Below, piece after piece: positions 17,222 through 26,400 of a stretch of DNA of 64,000 bases. Within the stretch, counting starts at the first letter, position 1, and the number at the start of each line of letters is the position of its first letter. A program made the position numbers and the translations under genes. The DNA comes from a virus (taxonomy: Duplodnaviria; Caudoviricetes), in IMG/VR virus record IMGVR_UViG_3300028887_000102, positions 1 through 64,000 of that record, one strand, 5' to 3'. Below the pieces are notes generated by a model. That model was given only the letters and a program-made list of their open reading frames with translations, did no database searches and was not told the origin of the DNA.

Positions 17222-19438
17222 ATGAACATCAAAGTTAAAGAAAATGCCGGTTCTTTTGAACAATCGTTTGCCAAGATGCTTGATAAAATCTATGGCAACA
17301 ATGGCAATGTCAAGGTGGAAGTAAAGAAGACCCACGATGGAACTCTTTACACGGTATTAAACGATTTCGACCAAGTGGACTTTTTGTTCAAGACCGATAA
17401 GGGAACAAAAGCCCCTACTTGCGATATTACCATTGGTGGTGATACGCTCTTTACGAAAACGGGAGAACCGAAGAAGAAAGTCAAGACATACTATGGCTTG
17501 TTTGATGAAGACCCAACCATTCTCCGTTCGTTCCAGCAAATTTTGCAGAAGTACATCGACGATGTGGACTTGGATTTGCCGTGGCTCCGCTTTGAAGAAT
17601 CCAAGAAGAATGAAGAAAACGAAACGGAACTTTCCAAATTGGTTAAGGCTTATTGCCTTGCTACTGGTGGTAAAGATGCCGTTCCAGATAAAGTTGAAAT
17701 GGTTGATAAGACCACAATCAACGATGACGGTGATGTTCTTCTTGAATTTAATTTTGAAAACGAAAAAGAAAATGGAACATCTGGTACAACCTATGCACTT
17801 GTTTGTGGCGATTTGTACAATAATACGGACAAGGACTTGCTCTATTTCTTACACGATTGGCAGAGTGGCGAAAAGGTCACATCGGAAGATGTCTATGACC
17901 ACGATTGGGAATTGGCTAACGACGTGATTAGACCAAGTGAAATTCTCAAAGAATCCAATAAGTCCGAAGCCAAGCGAAACTACTACGGCTACGGCAAGGA
18001 TGAACCGATTGACAAAGAAGACAATGACTTTATGTACCAAGTTGCTTTAGACTGGTTCACAAAGAAATTGCGTGGTAAACTCAAGGTGTATGCAGACCAA
18101 GCCGTGAACAAGGTCATCGACAAGGATATGGATTCCTACGAAGAAATTGAAACGATGGATGACTACTATGATTACTTGGAAAAGTATGGGCCGGACATCG
18201 TTGAAGAAATCAAGAACGACCATGCCGATGAATCCAAGAAGTCCGAAGCGGATTATAGCACATCTCGCGTGAGCAAGTCCATCGCAGATGCATACAAGTT
18301 GCTTGATGACTATTTCTGCGATAACAACGGTGCATTGAGAAGTGATGCAATCGACAAGATGTACACCACTTTCCGCAACGAAAGTGACTTGACGGCAAGA
18401 AGCAAGTCCAAGGCTACCAAGTCTCATAGTCTTGCTTGGGAAACGCTTATCCGTGAAATCAAGGCAACACTTGAATGGGATGATGAGTTCCCCCATGCAA
18501 CGAGCCTTACATCCGAACAAGTTAAGAACTGGTTCAAGTTGAAGGGCAGGGATTTCAAAGAAGACCTTAAACCGCTTGTGGATGCTATTGATGCTTACCG
18601 CAACAAGAAAGGAGAATCTATGAAGAATGAAGCGAACATTGAAGATTTGAGAAACAAATCTATCTCTCATGGTACGATGCGTTCCGAACACTTGATACCG
18701 GAGTTCCTTGGAGTTCTCAAGATTTATGCACCGGACAAGTACAATGCTTATGTCAAGGCGAACCCGGAAGTTCTGGATTTGGATGGTCTTGACGATGAAA
18801 CCTTGGGCTACATTGTTGAAGAACTTTTTGATGCTCTCAATGACATCGCACCGGAAGGAACTTATTTTGGCGCACATCCGGGTGATGGTTCGGACTACGG
18901 ATTCTGGGAAGTAGAACCCGATGAATCCAAGAACAAGAATCCCGAATCCAAATGTGGCGATGGCAAGGATGACAAGGGCAAGAAGCCCGAAGAATCTGCA
19001 AAGCCGGTAAAGAACATTCTTCGCCGCCGTTTTGAAGTTCTCACGAAATCCGTTCTCCATGCTTGCGATAAACTCGTTAAGGATGCATCTCTCGCAGGGG
19101 AATTTGATGATGAAGTCATCTATGCAGAAGATGCCGTGAAGAACGCCGTTGAATCGTTCAATGCTATGGGCGATGCCATCGTTCGTCTCAAGACCGTTCT
19201 TGAAAGCCATAAGAACGAAGACAATATGGAAATCATCGGCATCTTGTCCGATGCGATTACCAAGATTGTAGCAGACGAGCAGGGCGATGAAACCGATGCT
19301 GCCACGGCTGGGGCAGATAGTGTCATTGACCAAGTTGAAAGGGAATATGGCAACGAACCCGAAAACGAACCGGAAGCGAATGGCGAAGAAAACGAAGCCC
19401 CTAGCCCTGCCGGTGCCGAAGCCCCCGATGAATTTTAA
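17222..19438 (+). CDS. ESKK-linked polyprotein, 738 aa, MNIKVKE leader
   Basis: Linkers EESKKNEENE, KESNKSE, DESKKSE, GESMKNE, DESKNKNPESK, LESHKNE. Confidence 0.75.
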   Translation: MNIKVKENAGSFEQSFAKMLDKIYGNNGNVKVEVKKTHDGTLYTVLNDFDQVDFLFKTDKGTKAPTCDITIGGDTLFTKTGEPKKKVKTYYGLFDEDPTILRSFQQILQKYIDDVDLDLPWLRFEESKKNEENETELSKLVKAYCLATGGKDAVPDKVEMVDKTTINDDGDVLLEFNFENEKENGTSGTTYALVCGDLYNNTDKDLLYFLHDWQSGEKVTSEDVYDHDWELANDVIRPSEILKESNKSEAKRNYYGYGKDEPIDKEDNDFMYQVALDWFTKKLRGKLKVYADQAVNKVIDKDMDSYEEIETMDDYYDYLEKYGPDIVEEIKNDHADESKKSEADYSTSRVSKSIADAYKLLDDYFCDNNGALRSDAIDKMYTTFRNESDLTARSKSKATKSHSLAWETLIREIKATLEWDDEFPHATSLTSEQVKNWFKLKGRDFKEDLKPLVDAIDAYRNKKGESMKNEANIEDLRNKSISHGTMRSEHLIPEFLGVLKIYAPDKYNAYVKANPEVLDLDGLDDETLGYIVEELFDALNDIAPEGTYFGAHPGDGSDYGFWEVEPDESKNKNPESKCGDGKDDKGKKPEESAKPVKNILRRRFEVLTKSVLHACDKLVKDASLAGEFDDEVIYAEDAVKNAVESFNAMGDAIVRLKTVLESHKNEDNMEIIGILSDAITKIVADEQGDETDAATAGADSVIDQVEREYGNEPENEPEANGEENEAPSPAGAEAPDEF

Positions 19439-19462
19439 TTCATTTCCTTTGGGTTGAGTGAG

Positions 19463-19496
19463 AATCCCTGCCATATCGGTGACAGGGATTTTTTTT
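19463..19496 (+). terminator. Intrinsic terminator
   Basis: AATCCCTG/CAGGGATT stem plus T-tract. Confidence 0.85.
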
Positions 19497-19517
19497 ATAA
19501 AATTTTTATGAAAAGTA

Positions 19518-19546
19518 TTGACAAGTATGTGATATTTAGTTATATT
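19518..19546 (+). promoter_or_regulatory. Early promoter copy 4
   Basis: TTGACA-17-TATATT. Confidence 0.85.
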
Positions 19547-19750
19547 TAGGTAGGAAAGGTGGGAGAGCCACCACAACGAAAAGGAGTCAAGATATGTTCT
19601 GCAAGATTGATTTGGTCACGAAGAAAAGATGCTACAACTGCAAGAAAAGAGTCTTTTCCGGTGGATATGCTTGGATTTTCACAAGACTCCATTTCGTGTG
19701 CGAAGAATGTGGCAAACAATATGCAACCAACGACTAAAGGGGATAATCCA

Positions 19751-20029
19751 ATGGCTAACAAGATTACAAAAAGCATCACAAAGAATCTCATTGTTGAAAT
19801 TCTTTCCAACATCCAATCGGAGATGACCTCGAAAGATTATGGTGCTAGGAACACTACCGGGTATGTAGCGATTGACGCTCTCCGTATGGCACTCGTCACC
19901 GAAAAGTTCCCCAACTCCATTGAGTATATGAATAAGGCTATCGGTTCGGTTAAGAAAGCCGGTTGTCAAGATAATCTTATGCGTTCTCTTGAGACGATGA
20001 AATCTATCGTGGATGCCCAACAAAAATGA
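19751..20029 (+). CDS. Hypothetical helical early protein
   Basis: AAAGGGGA RBS-like before ATG 19751. Confidence 0.55.
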   Translation: MANKITKSITKNLIVEILSNIQSEMTSKDYGARNTTGYVAIDALRMALVTEKFPNSIEYMNKAIGSVKKAGCQDNLMRSLETMKSIVDAQQK

Positions 20030-20063
20030 ACTATGCCGTATGCAACGAATAAGGAAAACCATT

Positions 20064-20684
20064 ATGTCTAATAGCAACCTCAAACTTTTCTTGAATATCA
20101 AATCGGGATTAGCCCCGATTCTCTATGATTATAAGACGGACAAGATTCTTGGTATGCAAACTAGCCGTCCGTCCGATGATTTCAACCCCGAAACGATTAC
20201 CGTCAATGGCGTCGTGTGGATGGCAGAGAACCTTTCCGTCACGGATAGCAAGGATGGGGCTTACTGGTCCGATAAGACCCACGAATGCTATTACACAAGG
20301 GATGGGATGCTCCGCATCGTCAAGAATCTTGAGGGATGGCATATCCCGACACACAAGGAATGGGGCGAACTCATTCTAGCAAAGGGTGCTTATCCGATTG
20401 ATGACCCGACACACCAAGGGCAGCAGGGATTCTATACCGGGGGCAGGGCTATTCGCAACGACTTGAAGATTGCCACAATCGGAAGTTGGTACGGAGAAAA
20501 AACCGGTGGTGTCACATATCAAAGCGAGTTCGTCACATTCGCTACTAGAACAAGCATTGACGAGCATTCGTATGAAGCGATGACTTTCTATAACGATTGC
20601 CACTATATGTCTGGCGATACCATCCGCAGGGAAAAGGAATGCAACTGGGTTGGTGTTGCCGTGAGACTTGTCAAGGATTATTAA
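20064..20684 (+). CDS. Fib_succ_major (FISUMP)-like domain protein
   Basis: VWMAENL, GWHIPT.KEW.EL and terminal G.AVRLVKD match the family signature. Confidence 0.75.
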   Translation: MSNSNLKLFLNIKSGLAPILYDYKTDKILGMQTSRPSDDFNPETITVNGVVWMAENLSVTDSKDGAYWSDKTHECYYTRDGMLRIVKNLEGWHIPTHKEWGELILAKGAYPIDDPTHQGQQGFYTGGRAIRNDLKIATIGSWYGEKTGGVTYQSEFVTFATRTSIDEHSYEAMTFYNDCHYMSGDTIRREKECNWVGVAVRLVKDY

Positions 20685-20694
20685 AGGAGACCTA

Positions 20695-21069
20695 ATGAAA
20701 GTCGATTATCCGTTCTATTCTATTGAAATTACCGGCAGACATTCATCGTATAGCATCGCCCCACGCGATGTATCTGCCGTGTACTCCCATTGTCACGCAT
20801 TCGGCACAACGAGTGTATATAGCAAAAACCAGAAAACCAAGTTATACCATCAATTTGACGAAGACTTGTACAAGGATTTGAAAGATGTTGAAGAACACTA
20901 TCCCCAAGATACTTGGCTCTCTATCACATTCTACGGCAAAGCTCTCAATGAACGAGAGACCTACGAAGCAAGTTGCGAAAACGGCTACTATTGCCCTGCA
21001 TTGAGTATGAGCATCATCCGATATGTCTTGGATTTCGTCAAGGACAATCTTTTATTGGAGAAACCATAA
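20695..21069 (+). CDS. Hypothetical protein
   Basis: AAAGGAG RBS. Confidence 0.6.
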   Translation: MKVDYPFYSIEITGRHSSYSIAPRDVSAVYSHCHAFGTTSVYSKNQKTKLYHQFDEDLYKDLKDVEEHYPQDTWLSITFYGKALNERETYEASCENGYYCPALSMSIIRYVLDFVKDNLLLEKP

Positions 21070-21656
21070 TGTATAATGCTATCTATGCTCTTTATGGAAC
21101 GGGGGGTCGTGTTATCCAGTATTTTGATAATATGGATGCCGCAGAAAAATGGGTTTGGGATAAGGTTAATGAGAAACCCCGTGTTTCCTTGGATATTGAC
21201 GAATTGAAGTTTTTTGCTAATATCAAGTACACCATCGTATTGGAGCATACACCGGACATCATCACGGATTTCAAGAAGTCCTTGGAATCAATCAATCCGC
21301 TACTTACATTTCCGGGGTTTGCTTTCAATATCAAGACCGATGGCAATGCTAATTACTACAATGAACTCCGTGAATGCATCGACAAAGCGGCAAGCAAGAT
21401 TACCGGGTACACGACATCATCTTATAGTGGTTTCGGATGCCCCGATGGTTCTATGACAAATAGTATTACGGCTGGCGATAAAGTAAGGCATAGCAGGGTA
21501 GATTCTTGGATTGAACCTAAAGATTCGCCATTCCCAATTTTCAAACTAGACAACCCGATTCCCGAAGATAGGCAAGAGTTCCTTTACATCGTGGCAAAGG
21601 TGGCAAACCCAAATTCATTCAAGACCAAGGAATTTGAAAGACGATTCCATATCTAG
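21069..21656 (+). CDS. Hypothetical protein
   Basis: TAATG stop/start coupling. Confidence 0.6.
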   Translation: MYNAIYALYGTGGRVIQYFDNMDAAEKWVWDKVNEKPRVSLDIDELKFFANIKYTIVLEHTPDIITDFKKSLESINPLLTFPGFAFNIKTDGNANYYNELRECIDKAASKITGYTTSSYSGFGCPDGSMTNSITAGDKVRHSRVDSWIEPKDSPFPIFKLDNPIPEDRQEFLYIVAKVANPNSFKTKEFERRFHI

Positions 21657-21704
21657 TTGAGTTTGATTAAATTGTTGATAAGTTGCCATAAAAAAAACAA
21701 AAAT

Positions 21705-21739
21705 AGCCCTTGGTCCAGTTGCCAAGGGCTTTTTCTTTT
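21705..21739 (+). terminator. Intrinsic terminator
   Basis: AGCCCTTGG/CCAAGGGCT stem plus T-tract. Confidence 0.85.
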
Positions 21740-21872
21740 ACTATGATTGCAGATATAACAAAATATCACAAAGATATTACATAATTATCAACAATTTATA
21801 CCCCGACCGATAAAGCCGGTAAGGTTTTTTATTATATTCACAAATAGATATATCTAAAAGGAGTTAAACTCT

Positions 21873-22988
21873 ATGAATCTTACCGAATCCGCAAAGACCA
21901 AACTTTGGCAGGACATCGCATCCGGGATGAACAAGGCTTTCGGTTGCGACATTGGCGAAGCGTTCCATATTAACCAGTACAAGACCGGTTCGGTTCGCTT
22001 CACGGAATCCTTGGATGCAGGGGCTACTGCATCCGCTATCCAGGTGCTTGAAAGTGCATCTCCCGCAATTACGAAAGTCCGTATGACCCCGATTGCAAAC
22101 GGCTATGAATCCGTATATGCTATTGACATTGACTTTAACCCTGCCATTGCAGAATCTTTCTATTCCGATGGCAAGAATACTCTTGCATCCATTGAAAAGG
22201 ATGGCAAGAAGTATGTTGTACATAACGATGGCTCTGCCACCGAAGTTCAAGACCCCGACAAGTATGTAGATAACCTTAACAAGTCCACCGGTTCTAGGTT
22301 CAAGAAAGAATCCAAGGACGGACTTGAAGATGTGGTCAAACTCGCAAATGAAGCTCTGCAAGATACTGGGGTTTCCGTTGAACTCAACGAAAAGAAACTC
22401 ATTCTTCGTGGTTCGGAAAGTCTTTTGAAACCGACCCAGAAGTATTTGCCGGCTATCGGCTACGATAGAGACACCATTGAGGGTGGCTATAACCCGGAAT
22501 CGGGAGACCTTACCGTTGATATTCCCGACTACGCAAGTGACCTTGAAATGGAACTCTTGAGAACTTTCCTTGTTAATGCCGTGAACTATGTCATCGACCA
22601 AGTTGAAAGCACACCTTGCTCCGAAGATGACGAATGGTGCAATGCCTACGCAGAAGCCGAACCCGATGAATCCTATGTGAGCAAACTGGCATACAAGGGC
22701 GAATCTTTTGTGGGCAACGACAAGAAGAAAATCGCAACCCTTATCAAATCGGTGTGTGCCGAAGATTTTGAAAAGGGTAAGGAACTCGCAGAACGATATA
22801 TGGGCAAGAAACTTTGCGAACAGTTGCTCATCGCTCCCAAGGGTTCAAAGATTACCGAGAGTAAGAAAACGGCTCCCATCCTTGACGATGAAATGACCTT
22901 GCTTGACAAGATGCACGAATCGGCAATGGCGGTAGCCCCCGAACATCGAACGGATTTGAAATCCCTCGTTGAAAAAAATGTAATGTAA
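21873..22988 (+). CDS. Virion-associated protein, possible head core/internal protein
   Basis: First gene of tail operon; many x-x-E-S sites (LTES, FTES, IAES, ITESKK, MHES). Confidence 0.5.
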   Translation: MNLTESAKTKLWQDIASGMNKAFGCDIGEAFHINQYKTGSVRFTESLDAGATASAIQVLESASPAITKVRMTPIANGYESVYAIDIDFNPAIAESFYSDGKNTLASIEKDGKKYVVHNDGSATEVQDPDKYVDNLNKSTGSRFKKESKDGLEDVVKLANEALQDTGVSVELNEKKLILRGSESLLKPTQKYLPAIGYDRDTIEGGYNPESGDLTVDIPDYASDLEMELLRTFLVNAVNYVIDQVESTPCSEDDEWCNAYAEAEPDESYVSKLAYKGESFVGNDKKKIATLIKSVCAEDFEKGKELAERYMGKKLCEQLLIAPKGSKITESKKTAPILDDEMTLLDKMHESAMAVAPEHRTDLKSLVEKNVM

Positions 22989-23003
22989 AAAAGGAGACCA
23001 ACA

Positions 23004-25286
23004 ATGCCTATTAACGATTCCGCTGGTGTTGGCGTATATCTTATTGACAAGTCGCAGAGGGCTTCCGTTGCTATCGGCTTCCGTTCCGCAGGAGCCATAG
23101 AAGCCGATAGGGGTCTCTGCAATACTCCCACCTTGATTTCCAGTGAAGCCGACTATGTAAAGATTTTCGGTTCTCCTAGTATGGAACGCCACGGACTTGC
23201 CGCGATGGAAGCATATATGCTTGCCCAGCGAAAAGTTCCGCAGGTTCTTACAAGAGCAAAGAACCCGATGCTTACCCCGAATGACAATGTATTCGGCATG
23301 GTCAAATTCTTTATTGAAGACGGCAAGTTGAAGATTGACACCACGTCCCCGGCAACGGCTATCGTGGCACCGGTTGAAGAAAACGAATCCTTGCTCTTTT
23401 TCAAGGGCGAGGGTACATACCCGAAGAAACAGCCGGATGAAAGTGAACTTGTTCCGCGCAATTCTTCCAACATCGTTCTTCGTTTTAGCGAACCCATTAC
23501 CCAGTCCGCTTATGCTACATCCGGTAGAACTCTCCGTGTGCAAGTCTATGACTTTGATGGTGCGAACCACATTGACAAGGACACCCACGCAGAACTTGCA
23601 TTCAACCCGGATGTAAGTAGCCTTATTGATGCCGATGGCAAGTTCAAGTTGGACGGCTACAAGGTTGGCCCGGAAGATGTTTCGGGTTCGGGTCTTGACA
23701 CCCTGCCCGTAAAAATCACGGCTTTCGTCAATGGTCGTTCTTACCAGAAAATCTTTGATTACAATTCCATTGATGCTAATGGCATCTACGAATGGATTAA
23801 GACGGTTGTTTGCCAAGTTGAAGACTCTAGCAACAACCCGATAATCAAAGAAGACTGGATGCAGTATGTGCCGAACGATAGTTCCGCAAACGATGGTCTT
23901 GGCGAAGGTGGCTACTATCTTCTTGACTCCCGCGAAGAAGACAAGGGATATGCCCAGCAACTCAACTGTTTTGGTCTTTCCGTCACTATCACGATTGAAG
24001 CGATTCTTCCGATTTCCGAAGAAGACGAACCGGGTCATCGTAAGCTCTCCGCAGGGTTCTACGGCTATCCGTGTGGTAGCGTGAATGTGACCAAGCAGAA
24101 CAACCAAGGTTCTATTACCTACTCTGCAAAGTTCAACATTAGTACGAACTTGTATCTCAAGAATCGCACCGACTATATGTATATGGGTCCGCAGAACTCC
24201 TACTGGGCTTCTTACTACCAGACCTATTGCAAGGATGATGCGGTTGTAAGTTTCTCGTATGACGATTACGATGCAAACTACATTACGATGCAGGCTGATG
24301 CCGTTCTCAACGGCTCTAACTATGTTGTACCGAAGTCTAGCGAAACCTTTGGCGATTACAGAATTGACTACGCCACGGATGAAATCACAACGAAGTTGCA
24401 CTACTTTGAGGGCGAGATTGAAGAAAATACAATCGCCATCGCCCAGAAGTCCCATGCATACTCCATTGTTCTGCAAAACTTGCTTGCGGACAACCTTGTT
24501 CGTTGGCGTTGCCTTGCAACTCCGAACCTTGGTGACGTGATGATTCAAGCGGACTTTATTGAAGCCATTACCAAAGCGGAAGAATCCACTCTTGGTATCT
24601 CCAATATCGGTCGCGCCGCATCTACCAATGTCTTCGGTACTGGCAATATGGGTGGCCGTCACGGCAACCGCTTCATCGCAGACTATGCCCAATATGCTTA
24701 TCGCACTCTTGCCGGTAAGAGAACCGCAGTCACGATGGCAAGCCTTGTCACGGACTTGCTCAACACCCACTACAACGAGGGTATTGAAGCCCGCCCGCCG
24801 TTTGGCTACAACTACGGACAAATTACTTGTTTGTCCTTGTCGCAGCAATACTCCGGGGCAGAGCGTAATATTCTTGCTCGTCAGTACAAGATTAACCCGG
24901 TCATTGAAGATGGTGGCTTCTTTATTTGGGAAGAAAGAACATCTCAAATTACCGACACCTCGCTTTCGGACATCCATAGCATCATTTCGTTTATCTGGAT
25001 GAAGTTTGCTATCTACGATGCAATGAAAGCATTCGTTGCCGAATACAACGATGAAGAAACGGTTAATCGTGGTCTCGCAGTCTTGAACCAGTTGAACCAA
25101 ACATTCATTACTCGCAAATACATTGAAGAAGGCATCGTCTCTGCCGATAAGAATGTCATCGGCGATGAAGTTCTCCGCTTTGACTATGCCGTAAGATTCA
25201 AGGGTGTTGCCCGCTTTGTGGATGTTTACATCACCGCTTACAGCCAGACTCAAACTCTTGCCGTAAGCCTTGCAGAGGAGGCTTAA
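23004..25286 (+). CDS. Tail sheath protein (gp18-like)
   Basis: N-terminal GVGVYLIDKS, C-terminal RPPFG, YKINPV, WEERT and VRFKGVARFVDV sheath-type motifs. Confidence 0.9.
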   Translation: MPINDSAGVGVYLIDKSQRASVAIGFRSAGAIEADRGLCNTPTLISSEADYVKIFGSPSMERHGLAAMEAYMLAQRKVPQVLTRAKNPMLTPNDNVFGMVKFFIEDGKLKIDTTSPATAIVAPVEENESLLFFKGEGTYPKKQPDESELVPRNSSNIVLRFSEPITQSAYATSGRTLRVQVYDFDGANHIDKDTHAELAFNPDVSSLIDADGKFKLDGYKVGPEDVSGSGLDTLPVKITAFVNGRSYQKIFDYNSIDANGIYEWIKTVVCQVEDSSNNPIIKEDWMQYVPNDSSANDGLGEGGYYLLDSREEDKGYAQQLNCFGLSVTITIEAILPISEEDEPGHRKLSAGFYGYPCGSVNVTKQNNQGSITYSAKFNISTNLYLKNRTDYMYMGPQNSYWASYYQTYCKDDAVVSFSYDDYDANYITMQADAVLNGSNYVVPKSSETFGDYRIDYATDEITTKLHYFEGEIEENTIAIAQKSHAYSIVLQNLLADNLVRWRCLATPNLGDVMIQADFIEAITKAEESTLGISNIGRAASTNVFGTGNMGGRHGNRFIADYAQYAYRTLAGKRTAVTMASLVTDLLNTHYNEGIEARPPFGYNYGQITCLSLSQQYSGAERNILARQYKINPVIEDGGFFIWEERTSQITDTSLSDIHSIISFIWMKFAIYDAMKAFVAEYNDEETVNRGLAVLNQLNQTFITRKYIEEGIVSADKNVIGDEVLRFDYAVRFKGVARFVDVYITAYSQTQTLAVSLAEEA

Positions 25287-25289
25287 AAT

Positions 25290-25895
25290 ATGCCGCAGAA
25301 TGTCAGACTTTCGGAACTCTTGGGCGAAAACTTTAAAGCCTACAACTATATGGTTTCGTCTAACTGGCGAATCGACTTTAGCAACTGTCGTGAGTTGGTT
25401 GAGTTGATTAAGAATGCCCCACAAGGAGACTCATCCATTGGGGCATCCGTGCCGGAGCAGATGTCTTTTGCTTGCCATTCCAATTTCCAATTTGAATTGG
25501 ATGTTGAATATGCGGAAGCCGAAGTCAAGGGTATGCATATCTCTCAAGCCGCTTGGCAAGACCGATTCATTGAATCCCAAGACATTGACATCTATGAAAG
25601 CATGGACCATAGAATCTTCAAGGCTCTCGTCACGGCAGCCAACAACACGGCCGGCTACTATGAGCATAGGAACATCAATGACAAGAAAGAATATACTTTC
25701 TCCGGCATTACCGTTCAAGCTCTTGGCAACTCGTCTGGTGGTGGCGAACCGTCTTCGGAACTTGTCTATACACTCCTTGGTGTGCAGATTAACACCGTGC
25801 AGTCTCCCGAATACACATCGGATTCCGCAGAAATCGGCTCCGTGAAGTTGAACATCCGCGCACACGGATGGGCAATCGTGGACGGCAAGACCTAA
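25290..25895 (+). CDS. Tail tube protein (gp19-like)
   Basis: Follows sheath; 201 aa beta-rich; followed by terminator. Confidence 0.75.
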   Translation: MPQNVRLSELLGENFKAYNYMVSSNWRIDFSNCRELVELIKNAPQGDSSIGASVPEQMSFACHSNFQFELDVEYAEAEVKGMHISQAAWQDRFIESQDIDIYESMDHRIFKALVTAANNTAGYYEHRNINDKKEYTFSGITVQALGNSSGGGEPSSELVYTLLGVQINTVQSPEYTSDSAEIGSVKLNIRAHGWAIVDGKT

Positions 25896-25921
25896 TCGGT
25901 GTCCGAGCCTTAAATAAGACT

Positions 25922-25960
25922 ACTCCTTGGCGATGCTCGTTTGCTCACCAAGGAGTTTTT
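25922..25960 (+). terminator. Intrinsic terminator
   Basis: ACTCCTTGG/CCAAGGAGT stem plus T-tract. Confidence 0.8.
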
Positions 25961-25975
25961 ATTTATATTGTAGAT

Positions 25976-26380
25976 ATGGCACTTTCCGTACAAGAAGCAA
26001 TAGACACGACCTACTTGGACACGGCACACTACGATACAGTGTGTGAGTTCCCCCGTGGTTTTGAATCCTTGAATAGCATCGTAATCAAGGAAGCCGGGGG
26101 TCTTGTTCCGTTTGTAATCGTGGATGGTTCTTTGAAGACTCAAGAAGCCACTATCACGGCAATCGTGACCGCAGAGCAAGAAAACTTGCTCCGACAACTT
26201 TACCGATTGACTGTCCATCCGAATTATATTGACCAACGATACCCCATCCTACTTACTTGGGGTCATCCCGACAAGAAAATCCAACTGAATTGCTACTTGT
26301 CCAATTATAAAGCTCCCGATTCCGTGAACTATGGACAAGCGGAAATTCTTGATGTAGATTTAACTTTAAGAGCAATTTAA
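25976..26380 (+). CDS. Second tube-like protein / tube initiator
   Basis: Tube-like residue pattern and position; start reassigned to ATG 25976. Confidence 0.5.
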   Translation: MALSVQEAIDTTYLDTAHYDTVCEFPRGFESLNSIVIKEAGGLVPFVIVDGSLKTQEATITAIVTAEQENLLRQLYRLTVHPNYIDQRYPILLTWGHPDKKIQLNCYLSNYKAPDSVNYGQAEILDVDLTLRAI

Positions 26381-26400
26381 TTTCAACCGAGGAAACCATA

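Noticed and set aside
19559-19750. Extended N-terminus of ORF 19559
   Set aside because: No RBS at the upstream start; ATG 19751 has one. The intervening region may be a leader or a tiny ORF.
20560-20684. DGR variable region in the FISUMP-like C-terminus
   Set aside because: No template repeat or reverse transcriptase in this window.
22845-25424. 859-aa minus-strand ORF; also 9290-10627, 18047-19576, 5175-6044, 41768-42859 and similar
   Set aside because: Antisense shadows of strongly codon-biased plus-strand genes; no RBS or motifs.
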